A stretch of DNA of 64,000 bases from an uncultured Clostridia bacterium. GTDB taxonomy: Bacteria > Bacillota > Clostridia > TANB77 > CAG-508. The first letter of the stretch is position 1; every line of letters begins with the position of its first letter. The notes beneath the pieces are model-generated. The model ran no database searches, was not told the DNA's origin, and saw only the letters and a list, made by a program, of their open reading frames with translations. Position numbers and translations under genes: made by a program. Shown one piece after another: positions 1-10,317 of this stretch. Where the stretch lies: assembly GCA_944388035.1 (NCBI GenBank), contig CALXHF010000007.1, forward strand, positions 6,741-70,740. The letters are read 5' to 3'.

Positions 1-371
1 CTGAAGATGAAGAAGCAACAGTAGAAATTAATAAAAATGAGGAACTTCAAGAGGGTAACAATAATATCAAAATTACTGTTACTGCTAAAAATAATTATAC
101 TAAAAAAGTTTACAATATAAATGTTTATAGAAGAAATGAAAATGAAGAAAAAGAATACAAATTAGAACAAGAAGAAAACGAAGAACTACTTAACAACATA
201 CAAAAAACAAGTACTAATCAAAATAATGATAACAAGCAAAATAAAACAGAAGAACAAAGAATTAAGAACAAAGATATTTATTTAATAGTAACTCTTATTA
301 TTATCTTGATTATTTTAATTTTTATGATTGTGTTTTTTAAAAATAAAATAACCAAAAAGAGTCAAAAGTAA
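1..371 (+). CDS. C-terminal fragment of a membrane-anchored cell-surface protein (5' end outside window)
   Basis: Frame 3 is open from the window edge to TAA at 369-371. Translation ...NIKITVTAKNNYTKKVYNINVYRRNENEE... resembles a beta-sandwich surface repeat. It is followed by an Asn/Lys/Glu-rich spacer and a hydrophobic anchor IYLIVTLIIILIILIFMIVFF plus basic tail KNKITKKSQK. Confidence 0.4.
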   Translation, partial: EDEEATVEINKNEELQEGNNNIKITVTAKNNYTKKVYNINVYRRNENEEKEYKLEQEENEELLNNIQKTSTNQNNDNKQNKTEEQRIKNKDIYLIVTLIIILIILIFMIVFFKNKITKKSQK

Positions 372-511
372 AAAAATAGAAAGGTTAATTAATAAAAATT
401 AAACAAAATATTGTTGGCAAATTTAAAATTTTAAAATCCATTAAAAAAGTGAACTCATTTTTTTAGTGGAAATTTTTTTGCGTTTTTGTTATAATTTTAT
501 AGGTGATATAA

Positions 512-2458
512 ATGAACTATAGAATAATAGATGGTTCTGTAAGTTATGGAGCAGAAACCATATTAGAAGAAATAAACTTTGAAATAAATGAAAAAGATAA
601 AATAGCGGTAGTTGGGAGAAATGGAGCAGGTAAAAGTACTTTTTTGAAGGCTTTAATAGATAATTCAATGCTAGAAGAAGGTGTAGGAGAAAATAAGTTT
701 TCTGTTATAAAAGAAGGAAGCCCTAGAATCGGTTATTTAAAACAAATAGAATTCGAAGATGATAATATTTTAATGAAAGATGAAATCTTAAAAGTATATA
801 AAAATATAATAAATCTAGAAAAGAATATAGAAAATTTGAGTAATAAAATGATTAATAATTCTTCAGAAAAAATAATAAAAGAATATACAGAAAGTTTAGA
901 TAAATACCAGTTTTTAGGTGGCTATACATATAAAAAAGAAATAGATACAGCATTAAGAAAATTTGGATTTAGTATAGAAGACGAAAAAAAGAAAATATCA
1001 GAATTTTCTGGAGGACAGAGAACAAAAATAGCATTTTTAAAGTTGCTTCTTAGTAAACCAGATATATTATTATTAGATGAGCCAACAAACCATTTAGATA
1101 TAACAGCAATAGAGTGGCTAGAAAAATATTTAAAAAATTATGCAAAAGCAATTGTAGTTGTATCACACGATAGGATGTTTTTAGATAAAATTGTAAATAA
1201 AGTATATGAAATAGAATATGGAGAAATGACACTGTATAAAGGCAATTATGAAGATTTTGAAAGACAAAAAAGATTAAATTATGAAAAACAATTAAAAGAC
1301 TACGAATACCAACAAAGAGAAATAAAAAGATTAGAAGCAATTGTAAATAGATTTAAATATAAACCAACAAAAGCAAAGATGGCACTATCTAAATTAAAAC
1401 AAATAGAAAGAATAGTAAAAATAGAAGAACCTAATAAATATGATTTAAAAACATTTCATAATAATTTTAATATAAATAAAAGTGGAAAAGATGTATTAGA
1501 AGTAAAAGAGTTAAGTATTGGTTATAACAAAGTATTACAAAAACTTTCTTTTTCTTTATATAGAGGAGACAAACTTGCTATAATTGGTGAAAACGGAATT
1601 GGAAAATCTACACTTTTAAAGACTTTAGCAGGGAAAATAGAAAGTTTAGGTGGAAGCTTTTCATATGGTTTTAATGTTTCTTTAGGATATTTTGATCAAC
1701 AATTAGAATTTGAAAATGAAGAAAATACTGTATTTGAAGAATTTAGTAAAAAGTTTCCAGACCTTACAACAACAAAATTAAGAACAATACTTGGAACATT
1801 TTTATTTACTGGAGAAGATGTAGATAAAAAAATAAAAATGTTATCAGGTGGAGAAAAATCAAGACTAAAACTCTGTGAAATATTTAAGAAAGAGCCAAAC
1901 TTATTAATGCTTGATGAACCAACAAACCATATGGATATAATAGGAAAAGAAAGTCTAGAAAATATATTAAAAGAATATGAAGGAACTTTAATATTTGTAT
2001 CTCACGATAGATATTTTGTAAAAAAATTAGCTAATAAAATATTAGAATTTACTAAAAATGGTGTTATTTTTTTTGATGGTACTTATGAGGAATACTTAGA
2101 ATATAAAGAAAAAAATAATAAAGAAATAGAAGAAAGAAGTAAAAATAGAAACGAAAATAAAAAAGAAAATGAAGTAAATTTTATAGAAAATAACAATAAA
2201 GAAAGAAGTTCGAAAGAACAATATTTATTAAATAAAGAAATAACAAAAAGAAAGAATAAGATGAAAAAACTAGAACAAGAAATAGAAAATATAGAAAACC
2301 AAGTAGAAGAAATTGAAAATGAAATGCAAAAAGAAGAAAATATAACTAACTATGTTAAATTAAATGAGTTGCAAAAAGAAAAAGAAAATTTAAATAAAAA
2401 AATAGAAGATAAAATGATAGAGTGGGAAAATTTAAATAATTTAATTGAGCAATTATAA
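512..2458 (+). CDS. ABC-F family ATPase (soluble, two ABC cassettes, coiled-coil tail)
   Basis: 648 aa. Walker A GRNGAGKST and GENGIGKST, signatures LSGGQRTK and LSGGEKSR, Walker B LLLDEPTNHLD and LMLDEPTNHMD. No TM segments; Lys/Glu-rich C-terminal coiled coil. Confidence 0.9.
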   Translation: MNYRIIDGSVSYGAETILEEINFEINEKDKIAVVGRNGAGKSTFLKALIDNSMLEEGVGENKFSVIKEGSPRIGYLKQIEFEDDNILMKDEILKVYKNIINLEKNIENLSNKMINNSSEKIIKEYTESLDKYQFLGGYTYKKEIDTALRKFGFSIEDEKKKISEFSGGQRTKIAFLKLLLSKPDILLLDEPTNHLDITAIEWLEKYLKNYAKAIVVVSHDRMFLDKIVNKVYEIEYGEMTLYKGNYEDFERQKRLNYEKQLKDYEYQQREIKRLEAIVNRFKYKPTKAKMALSKLKQIERIVKIEEPNKYDLKTFHNNFNINKSGKDVLEVKELSIGYNKVLQKLSFSLYRGDKLAIIGENGIGKSTLLKTLAGKIESLGGSFSYGFNVSLGYFDQQLEFENEENTVFEEFSKKFPDLTTTKLRTILGTFLFTGEDVDKKIKMLSGGEKSRLKLCEIFKKEPNLLMLDEPTNHMDIIGKESLENILKEYEGTLIFVSHDRYFVKKLANKILEFTKNGVIFFDGTYEEYLEYKEKNNKEIEERSKNRNENKKENEVNFIENNNKERSSKEQYLLNKEITKRKNKMKKLEQEIENIENQVEEIENEMQKEENITNYVKLNELQKEKENLNKKIEDKMIEWENLNNLIEQL

Positions 2459-2519
2459 AAGACTTTTAGATTATATAAAGATGAATAAAGTTTTAAGAAA
2501 AATTTAACTTCAAAATCAC

Positions 2520-2548
2520 TTGACAGTTTAAGCGTTTAAAGTTAAAAT
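2520..2548 (+). promoter_or_regulatory. sigma-A type promoter upstream of rny
   Basis: TTGACA (2520-2525), 17-nt spacer, TAAAAT (2543-2548), about 90 nt upstream of the rny RBS AAGAAAGAGGTG. Confidence 0.55.
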
Positions 2549-2635
2549 ATAATATGTAGGAAAAAATATATTTTAAATATAAAAAGGTATATATATTTTA
2601 TTCGAACATTGAAAATTAAATAAGAAAGAGGTGTA

Positions 2636-4183
2636 TTGATTATGACAATCGTAATCGTAATCGCTTCTGTCTTAATCTCACTTGCAATCGGTATACCAAT
2701 TGGTATGGCGTACAGAAAAAAAGTTGCAGAGTCTAAAATACAGGGAGCTGAAAGTGAAGCAAAAAGATTAGTTGATTTAGCAAAAATAGAAGCCGAAAAC
2801 TTGAAAAAAGAAGAAATTTTTAAAGCTAAAGAAGAAATAATGGCTAGTCGTAAAGAATTAGACCAAGAGATTAAAGAAAGAAGAGGCGAAATACAAAAAC
2901 AAGAAGCAAGATTAATTCAAAAAGAAGAAAATCTAGAAAAACGTTCAGATAATTTTGAAAAAAGAGAACAAGAGCTAGAAAGAGAATTACAAGATATTGA
3001 AAAACAAAAAGAAGAATTAGAAAAATTACATGACCAAGAAATGGTTGAATTACAAAGAATCGCATCATTAAGTAAAGAAGAAGCAAAACAAAGACTATTA
3101 TCTGAAATGGAAAAAGAATTAGTCGCTGAAAAAGCAGCATTAATAAGAGAGCAAGACCAAAAAGCAAAAGAAACGATAACAAAAGATGCAAAAGAAATGC
3201 TTTCTTATGCAATACAGAAATGTGCTGCAGACCATTCTCAAGAAACTACAGTATCAATTGTAGCACTTCCAAACGATGAAATGAAAGGAAGAATCATAGG
3301 AAGAGAAGGTAGAAATATAAAAGCGTTAGAAACATTAACAGGAATTGATTTGATAATTGATGATACACCAGAAGCAGTAGTATTATCAGGATTTGATCCA
3401 TTAAGAAGAGAAGTTGCAAAAATTGCATTAGAAAAATTAATTGATGATGGAAGAATACATCCAGCTAAAATCGAGGAAATGGTTGAAAAAGCCAAAGAAG
3501 AAGTTGAAAATACTATTAAAGAAGAAGGAGAAAGAGCAGTTCTAGAAACAGGTGTTATAGGACTTCACCCAGATATAGTAAAATTAATAGGAAAATTAAA
3601 ATACAGAACTTCTTATGGTCAAAATGTATTAAATCACTCAATTGAAGTATCTAATTTAGCAAGAATAATGGCAGACGAGCTAGGCTTAGATACTAAACTT
3701 GCAAGAAGAGCAGGATTATTACATGATATTGGAAAAGCTTTAGACCATGATATGGAAGGAACACATGTAGAAATAGGTGTAGAGGTTCTTAAGAAATATA
3801 AAGAAAATCCACTTGTAATAAATGCGGTTGAGGCACATCATGGAGATGTTGAACCACAAACTCTAGAAGCAGTTTTGGTACAAGCTGCAGATGCAATATC
3901 AGCTTCAAGACCAGGAGCTAGAAGAGAAACTCTAGAAGCATACATTAAGAGATTACAAAACTTAGAAGAAATTGCAGACTCATTTGACGGAGTTGAAAAA
4001 TCATTTGCAATACAAGCAGGTCGTGAAATAAGAATTGTTGTTAAACCAGAAAAAATATCTGATGATCAAATGACAATTTTAGCAAGAGATGTTGCTAAAA
4101 GAATAGAGGCTGAAATGGACTATCCAGGACAAATTAAAGTAAATGTTATAAGAGAAACAAGAATAGTTGATTATGCTAAATAG
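2636..4183 (+). CDS. rny: ribonuclease Y
   Basis: N-terminal TM helix, long charged coiled coil, KH motif [13 protein letters not shown] domain LLHDIGKA...EAHHGD. Followed by ymdB and spoVS as in Bacillus. Start is TTG 2636 or ATG 2642. Confidence 0.96.
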   Translation: MIMTIVIVIASVLISLAIGIPIGMAYRKKVAESKIQGAESEAKRLVDLAKIEAENLKKEEIFKAKEEIMASRKELDQEIKERRGEIQKQEARLIQKEENLEKRSDNFEKREQELERELQDIEKQKEELEKLHDQEMVELQRIASLSKEEAKQRLLSEMEKELVAEKAALIREQDQKAKETITKDAKEMLSYAIQKCAADHSQETTVSIVALPNDEMKGRIIGREGRNIKALETLTGIDLIIDDTPEAVVLSGFDPLRREVAKIALEKLIDDGRIHPAKIEEMVEKAKEEVENTIKEEGERAVLETGVIGLHPDIVKLIGKLKYRTSYGQNVLNHSIEVSNLARIMADELGLDTKLARRAGLLHDIGKALDHDMEGTHVEIGVEVLKKYKENPLVINAVEAHHGDVEPQTLEAVLVQAADAISASRPGARRETLEAYIKRLQNLEEIADSFDGVEKSFAIQAGREIRIVVKPEKISDDQMTILARDVAKRIEAEMDYPGQIKVNVIRETRIVDYAK

Positions 4184-4185
4184 TA

Positions 4186-4210
4186 AAGAGAGGGAAACCT
4201 CTCTTTTTTC
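4186..4210 (+). terminator. intrinsic terminator after rny
   Basis: Hairpin AAGAGAGG-gaaa-CCTCTCTT followed by a T run, 3 nt after the rny stop. Confidence 0.75.
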
Positions 4211-4304
4211 CTGAAAAAATTAAGAATATTGGTATTGCATTTGATTTTTTTCTAAATTTGTAGTATTATAAATAGTGTGAAAAAATAAGAAAGAGGGAAT
4301 TATA

Positions 4305-5075
4305 TTGAAAATATTAGCAATAGGAGATTTAGTAGGAAACTCAGGAGTTAGAAAATTAAAACAAGAATTAAATAAAATAATAGAAAAAGAAAAGATTAAT
4401 TTTGTAATTGTAAATGCAGAAAATGCAGGAGAAGGTATGGGAATTACTCAGAAAAATTTTGAGGATATTTTAGAAGAAAAAGTAGATGTAATTACTATGG
4501 GAAATCATACTTGGGGTAAAAAAGATATTTTTAAATTTGTTAATCATCCTAAACTTTTAAGACCTGCAAATTATTGTGAAGGAGTACCTGGAAAAGGATA
4601 TGGTATTTATGAAAATTTGGGTAAAAAAATAGCAGTTATAAATTTAATTGGTAGAGTAGATGTAAATGTACTATCAGAAAATCCATTTTTAATTGCAAAA
4701 AATTTAATTGAAGAATTAAAATATAAAACAGATATAATAATAATAGATTTCCATGCAGAAGCAACAGCTGAAAAAATTGCTCTTGGCTATTATTTAGATG
4801 GAAAAGTCACAGCAATTTTTGGAACACATACACATGTGCAAACAGCAGATGAAAAAATATTAGAAAAAGGAACAGGATATATCACAGATATAGGGATGAC
4901 AGGTCCAAAAAATTCTGTTATTGGTATGGATATAAAAGCATCTTTAAAGAGGTTTGAAACAACTCTTCCTGAAAGATATAAAATAGCAGAGGGAGAGTGT
5001 ATATTAAACGGAGTTATATTTAATGTAGATAACAGTACAAATAAAGTAAAAGAAGTAAAAAGAATAAATATGTAA
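4305..5075 (+). CDS. ymdB: YmdB-type metallophosphoesterase (2',3'-cyclic-nucleotide 2'-phosphodiesterase family)
   Basis: MKILAIGDLVG..., NAENAGEGMGIT, GNHTWGKKD, DFHAEATAEK, GTHTHVQTADE motifs. Conserved position directly after rny. TTG start with GAGGG RBS. Confidence 0.9.
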   Translation: MKILAIGDLVGNSGVRKLKQELNKIIEKEKINFVIVNAENAGEGMGITQKNFEDILEEKVDVITMGNHTWGKKDIFKFVNHPKLLRPANYCEGVPGKGYGIYENLGKKIAVINLIGRVDVNVLSENPFLIAKNLIEELKYKTDIIIIDFHAEATAEKIALGYYLDGKVTAIFGTHTHVQTADEKILEKGTGYITDIGMTGPKNSVIGMDIKASLKRFETTLPERYKIAEGECILNGVIFNVDNSTNKVKEVKRINM

Positions 5076-5219
5076 TTATTTTTTGTCGAAAAATGTTTTT
5101 TATTGCGATGAAAACTTCCAAAAATTTCCAGAAAACTATTTACATTTATTTCCAAATATTGTAAAATACAAAATGTAAGAGTTGCAACAACAAAAATAAA
5201 ATTATAGGAGGCAAAGGAA

Positions 5220-5483
5220 ATGGAAGTTTTAAAAATTTCATCAAAATCAAATCCAAATTCAGTAGCAGGAGCAATTGCTGGTTTGGTAAAAGAATCAAAC
5301 AAAGCAGAAATGCAAGCAATTGGAGCAGGAGCATTAAATCAAGCGGTAAAAGCTGTGGCAATAGCGAGAGGTTTTGTAGCACCTTCAGGAGTTGACTTAG
5401 TTTGTATACCAGCATTTGCAGAAGTTGAAGTAGAAGGAGAAGATAGAACTGGTATAAAGCTAATTGTAGAGTCTAGAACTTAA
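5220..5483 (+). CDS. spoVS: stage V sporulation protein S
   Basis: 87 aa, MEVLKISSKSNPNSVAGAIAGLVKE...AIGAGALNQAVKAVAIARGF, typical SpoVS. GGAGG RBS. Confidence 0.95.
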   Translation: MEVLKISSKSNPNSVAGAIAGLVKESNKAEMQAIGAGALNQAVKAVAIARGFVAPSGVDLVCIPAFAEVEVEGEDRTGIKLIVESRT

Positions 5484-5497
5484 AAAAATAAAAAATT

Positions 5498-5526
5498 AAC
5501 AGGCTGTGTGTAACAGTCTGTTTTTG
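5498..5526 (+). terminator. intrinsic terminator after spoVS
   Basis: AACAGGCTG-tgtgtaa-CAGTCTGTT (one G-U pair) followed by TTTTTG. Confidence 0.6.
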
Positions 5527-5656
5527 TGTAAGAGCTAATTAAAATAAAGAAAGAAAAAACAAGTAAATTAAAAAATTAAAAATATTTCTCGAAATTTCAA
5601 TATTGCTTGAAATTTTTTTGAAATTAATGTATTATATTACTTGTATGAGGTGAATT

Positions 5657-7243
5657 ATGAAATCAAATTGGATTAAATATGTATTTATTATATTTATAAT
5701 ACTTATTTTAGTTTTTGCTCTCTATATAATAAGACAAGATGAAGAAGTTAAAAAACAAGAAGAAGAATATACAGAAAGTAATCAGGATGATAGAGTAAAA
5801 GAAATAAAACTTGGTATAGCAGGTTTAGATACGATAAACCCAATTCTTAGTAATAATAAAAATGTACAGAATATTACAAAATTAATTTATGAACCATTAG
5901 TTGATTTAAGTTCAGATTATAAAGCAACACCTTGCCTTGCAACAGAGTGGGCGAAAGAAAGTGGTAATTCATACCTAATTAAATTAAGAGAAAATGTGAG
6001 GTGGTCTGATGGTCAAGTTTTTACTGCAGAGGATGTAAAATTTACAATTGATAGGCTAAAGGACACAAGTACAATTTATTCTGCAAATGTTCAAAATGTA
6101 ACAGGAGTAGATGTTATAGATGATTATACAGTAAGAATAAACTTAGATAGTGATATTCCATTTTTCGAATATAATCTAACATTTCCAATATTATCTAGTA
6201 GTTATTATGAAGGAGAAGATTTTACAACGTCAACTAAAAATAGTTCTCCTGTCGGAACAGGTATGTTTAAAATAACAGATGTTCAAAGTTCTTATATAAC
6301 ATTATCTAAAAATACAAGTTACTGGAATAAAGAAAAAGATAGTATAATAGAAACAATTACGGTTAATTTATATTCTTCAATAGGTGAATTATACAATAGT
6401 TTTAAAGTCGGTGGAATTGATTTAATTTCAACAGATAATGATAGAATACAAGAATATATAGGAACAATAGGTTATACTCCAAATGAAGTAAAAGGAAGAG
6501 AACATACATTTTTAGCATTTAATATGGGAAATAATTTACTTAGCAGGCAAGAAGTAAGAAAAGCAATTTCATATTCTATAGATAAAGAAAATATTAATTC
6601 TAATGCTTTAGGTGGTAAATGTTTTACAAGTAGTTTTCCACTTGACTATGGAAATTGGCTATATCAAGAACAAGAAGCAAGTAGTGGATATAATTTAGAA
6701 CAAGCAAAAAAGGAATTAACAGATGCAGGTTGGACTTTAAGAAGAGGTTCTTGGCAAAAAACAGAAAACAGAAGAACTTTGAGATTAGAATTAAATTTAT
6801 TAGTAAGAGCAAGTGATGGAGAAAAAGTTGCAGTTGCTGAAAATATAAAAAGTCAATTAGGGGCACAAGGTATAATAATTAATATAGTTCAAGCTTCAGA
6901 TGAACAATATAATAATACAATTAATAATAGAAATTTTGATATTGCTTTATGTTCAATGACTTTATCTCCAAGTCCTAATTTAGATATTTTCTTTGGAAAT
7001 AATAATATAGCAAACTATTCAAACGAAGAAGTTAATAATTTATTAAATGAAACAAAAAATACAACAGATGAAAATATATTAAAAGAAGACTACAAAAGAT
7101 TAGCTGAAATCTATAAAACTGATATGCCATATATAAGTTTATACAATAATAAATATACAATCGCTTATAATTCAGGTTTAGTAGGAGAAATAACACCAAA
7201 TTGGTTTAATCAATTTTATGGAATTGAGACTTGGTATAAATAA
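5657..7243 (+). CDS. ABC transporter substrate-binding protein, family 5 (oligopeptide/nickel type), membrane-anchored, no adjacent permease
   Basis: 528 aa. N-terminal TM anchor, then SBP_bac_5-like sequence (LGIAGLDTINPI..., ATEWAKESGNSYLIKLRENVRWSDG, TAEDVKFTIDRL). Confidence 0.8.
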   Translation: MKSNWIKYVFIIFIILILVFALYIIRQDEEVKKQEEEYTESNQDDRVKEIKLGIAGLDTINPILSNNKNVQNITKLIYEPLVDLSSDYKATPCLATEWAKESGNSYLIKLRENVRWSDGQVFTAEDVKFTIDRLKDTSTIYSANVQNVTGVDVIDDYTVRINLDSDIPFFEYNLTFPILSSSYYEGEDFTTSTKNSSPVGTGMFKITDVQSSYITLSKNTSYWNKEKDSIIETITVNLYSSIGELYNSFKVGGIDLISTDNDRIQEYIGTIGYTPNEVKGREHTFLAFNMGNNLLSRQEVRKAISYSIDKENINSNALGGKCFTSSFPLDYGNWLYQEQEASSGYNLEQAKKELTDAGWTLRRGSWQKTENRRTLRLELNLLVRASDGEKVAVAENIKSQLGAQGIIINIVQASDEQYNNTINNRNFDIALCSMTLSPSPNLDIFFGNNNIANYSNEEVNNLLNETKNTTDENILKEDYKRLAEIYKTDMPYISLYNNKYTIAYNSGLVGEITPNWFNQFYGIETWYK

Positions 7244-7257
7244 AATTAAAAAAAGTA

Positions 7258-7306
7258 TTGACAAAACAAATTTTTGATATATAATAAGAATATCAAACAA
7301 AAGTTC
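7258..7306 (+). promoter_or_regulatory. recA promoter with possible LexA (Cheo-type) operator
   Basis: TTGACA (7258-7263), 16-nt spacer, TATAAT (7280-7285). Downstream AAAC-aaaa-GTTC (7295-7306) is a one-mismatch match to GAAC-N4-GTTC. Confidence 0.5.
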
Positions 7307-7326
7307 AATTTAAGGAGGAAAAAATA

Positions 7327-8380
7327 ATGGGAGAAAATACAGAAAAGAAGAAAGCATTAGAAGTAGCAATGAGTCAAATCGAAAAACAATTTGGAAAAGG
7401 TTCAGTAATGAAACTTCGGAGATTTTAAAGCTATGGAAATAGAAGCAATACCAACAGGAGCTCTAAGCTTAGATATAGCTTTAGGTATAGGAGGAGTTCC
7501 TAGAGGTAGAATTATAGAAGTATATGGTCCAGAATCTTCTGGTAAAACTACTTTAGCATTACATATAATTGCAGAAGCACAAAAAGAAGGAGGAGAAGCA
7601 GCTTTTATTGATGCAGAACACGCATTAGATCCAGTTTATGCTAAGAAATTAGGTGTAGATATAGATAATTTAATTGTTTCTCAACCAGATACAGGAGAAC
7701 AAGCTTTAGAAATTACAGAAAGTTTAATTAGAAGTGGAGCTTTAGATGTAGTAGTAGTAGACTCTGTTGCAGCTTTAGTTCCAAAAGCTGAAATAGATGG
7801 AGATATGGGAGACTCTCATATGGGGCTTCAAGCAAGACTTATGTCTCAAGCATTAAGAAAACTTGCAGGAGCTATTAATAAATCTAAAACAGTTTTAATA
7901 TTTATAAACCAATTAAGAGAAAAAATAGGAGTTATGTTTGGAAACCCAGAAACAACAACAGGTGGACGTGCTTTAAAATTCTATGCATCTGTTAGAATGG
8001 ATATTAGAAAAATAGAAAACATTAAACAAGATGGAGAAATTAAAGGAAATAGAGTACGTGTAAAAGTTGTTAAAAATAAAGTTGCACCACCATTTAGAGA
8101 GGCAGAATTTGATGTGGTTTATGGACAAGGTATTTCTAAAGAAGGAAATATTTTAGATATGGCTGTAAACTTAGATATAGTTGAAAAAGCAGGTTCTTGG
8201 TTTAGTTATAATGGTGAAAGAATTGGTCAAGGTAGAGAAAATGTTAAAAAGTATTTAAAAGAAAACCCAGAAATATTAGATGAAATAGAGAAAAAAGTAA
8301 GAGATAATTTTGCTAAAGCTTTTGAACAAAGTTTAGGTGAAGATTTACCAAGCAAAGAAGACGACGATGATGAAGAATAA
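7327..8380 (+). CDS. recA: recombinase RecA; needs a +1 frame change at in-frame CGG 7417-7419: join(7327..7416,7418..8380)
   Basis: ATG 7327 with AGGAGG RBS gives [30 protein letters not shown], then CGG AGA TTT TAA. Skipping C7417 gives ...[49 protein letters not shown], colinear with the Bacillus RecA N-terminus (GKGSIMKLGE). Confidence 0.93.
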
Positions 8381-8399
8381 TTAATAAAGATTAAATATA

Positions 8400-8445
8400 G
8401 GAGCTAAATTAGGTAAAAGTAGTTTATCTAATTAGCTCCTTTTAT
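8400..8445 (+). terminator. intrinsic terminator after recA
   Basis: GGAGCTAAATTAG...CTAATTAGCTCC long hairpin (one bulge) followed by TTTTAT. Confidence 0.7.
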
Positions 8446-8575
8446 CTTTAAGGAAAAATTTATAAAAAAGTAAATAAAACTATTAACAAAATATTAAATA
8501 AATAGTAAAATGCAGATGGCAACTTTAGAACGGTTAAATTAAATTATTAAATAAAAAAAGAAAGGATGTTGTGTT

Positions 8576-9541
8576 ATGGAAGAAAAAAAGAATGAAATTA
8601 TTTTATTTGAAAATCAAGAGGTGAGATTAGAAGTAAATTTAAAAGATGATACAGTATGGCTTACACAAAAACAAATGGCGGAGTTGTTTGGAAAAGACAG
8701 AAGAACTATTACTAGACATATTCAAAATATTTATAAAGATGAAGAATTAGAAGAAAATTCAGTATGCTCATTTTTTGAGCATACTGCAGAAGACGGAAAA
8801 AAGTATAATGTTCAATATTATAATTTAGATATGATTATTTCTGTTGGATATAGGGTAAATAGTAAGCAAGGTATTGCTTTTAGACGATGGGCAACAAGAA
8901 TTTTAAAAGATTATATGTTAAAAGGTTATGCTATAAATCAAAAAAGATTAGAATATTTAGAAAAAACAATAAAATTAATAGATATAGCAAATAGAATTGA
9001 TGAAAGATTAGAAGGAAATGATGCAAAAGAAATATTAAAAGTAATTGGAAGTTACTCAAAAGCATTAAATATACTAGATGATTATGACCATAAAAAACTA
9101 AGAAAAGTAAAAGGAAATATAGATGAAAGAAAAATAAGATATGAAGATTGTATAGCAATTATTAATAAACTTAAATTTAATGAACAAAGTGAATTATTTG
9201 CAGTAGAAAGAAATAAAGGACTAGAGTCAATTATAGGAAATATTTATCAAACATTTGGTGGAGAAGATGTATATAAAAGTATAGAAGAAAAAGGTGCAAA
9301 TTTTCTATATTTAGTAGTTAAAAATCACGTGTTTGCAGATGGAAATAAAAGAATAGCTGCAACATTATTTATATATTTCTTAAGTTTCTATGATATCTTA
9401 TATAAAAATGGAAAACAAACAATAGATAATAATACATTAGTTGCATTAACACTACTTATTGCTGAGTCTAACCCTAGAGAAAAAGAAATAATTATAGATT
9501 TGGTTATGAATTTCTTAAGTAGTGATAATATAATTAGTTAG
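8576..9541 (+). CDS. RhuM-family / Fic-Doc family protein (N-terminal RhuM DNA-binding-like domain, C-terminal Doc-type Fido domain)
   Basis: N-terminus is RhuM-like (VWLTQKQMAELFGKDRRTITRHIQNIY...GYRVNSKQGIAFRRWATRILKDY). C-terminus carries the Doc-type motif HVFADGNKRIAA. Confidence 0.8.
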   Translation: MEEKKNEIILFENQEVRLEVNLKDDTVWLTQKQMAELFGKDRRTITRHIQNIYKDEELEENSVCSFFEHTAEDGKKYNVQYYNLDMIISVGYRVNSKQGIAFRRWATRILKDYMLKGYAINQKRLEYLEKTIKLIDIANRIDERLEGNDAKEILKVIGSYSKALNILDDYDHKKLRKVKGNIDERKIRYEDCIAIINKLKFNEQSELFAVERNKGLESIIGNIYQTFGGEDVYKSIEEKGANFLYLVVKNHVFADGNKRIAATLFIYFLSFYDILYKNGKQTIDNNTLVALTLLIAESNPREKEIIIDLVMNFLSSDNIIS

Positions 9542-9870
9542 AAATGAAAGAAAAGAGTTTTAATAATCTCTTTACAAAGAAATTATTTATATTTATAATC
9601 TCAAATTTGACAGTTTTTTTAAAGCAAAAAGTCTGTATTGCTTTCTAATCAAGCTTTACAGACTTTTCGATAGATTGTAAAAAAAGCGTACCGAATTTAT
9701 TTTTTTAAATCTTTTTTAAATTTTGTTCTAATCTTTGTAGTCGTTATTTCATTGTCCGTTCTGAAATTAAATTTTTCGTGTAATAGTTTTTTTAAGAATA
9801 TTTTAATCTGAAAATTTTCTTGATATTTTTCTATAGTTATAGTAAAATAAAAAAGAAAAAGGAGAAAAGT

Positions 9871-10314
9871 ATGTATACAGTAGAAGAATTTGATAGAGGA
9901 AAAACAAAAGTATTAAGATATATTCTATATAAAAAAAGAACTGAACAAGAAGTAAGAACAAAATTTCAAAAAGACATAGAAGAAAATATGTTAGAAGATA
10001 TAATAGAATATTTAAAAGAAGCAGGATATATTAACGATAAGGAATATATAGAAAAGACTGTAAACAATTTTATGATTTTAAAAAATATGTCTATAAAAGA
10101 AATAAAATACAAGCTAATGTCAAAAGGACTAAACAAAAATGATATAGATGATTATATTTATGAAAACAAAGAAGAACTAGAAGAATATGAAACAAAATCA
10201 GCAAGAAATATAATATATAAAAAATCTACATCTATGGAACAAGAAGAAATAGTTCAATTTTTATTAAAAAAAGGATATAAAAAAGATAATATAAATAATG
10301 CAATGGAGGAATAA
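9871..10314 (+). CDS. recX: recombination regulator RecX
   Basis: Three-helix repeat pattern (VLRYILYKKRTEQEVRTKF...IIEYLKEAGYINDKEYIEK...). ATG 9871 has an AAGGAG RBS; the ORF track extends to 9820 without an RBS. Confidence 0.8.
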   Translation: MYTVEEFDRGKTKVLRYILYKKRTEQEVRTKFQKDIEENMLEDIIEYLKEAGYINDKEYIEKTVNNFMILKNMSIKEIKYKLMSKGLNKNDIDDYIYENKEELEEYETKSARNIIYKKSTSMEQEEIVQFLLKKGYKKDNINNAMEE

Positions 10315-10317
10315 ACA

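Noticed and set aside
1050-1340. Antisense or overlapping ORFs in the track, for example 1050..1340, 2871..3212, 3238..3495, 4790..5302, 5146..5415, 6624..6866, 8931..9158, 28447..28635, 30844..31362, 33784..34263, 45798..46271, 53113..53469 and 63170..63661.
   Set aside because: These are shadow ORFs inside well-supported genes on the opposite strand or in another frame. They have Leu/Phe/Ile/Ser-rich low-complexity translations, no RBS and no recognisable motifs.
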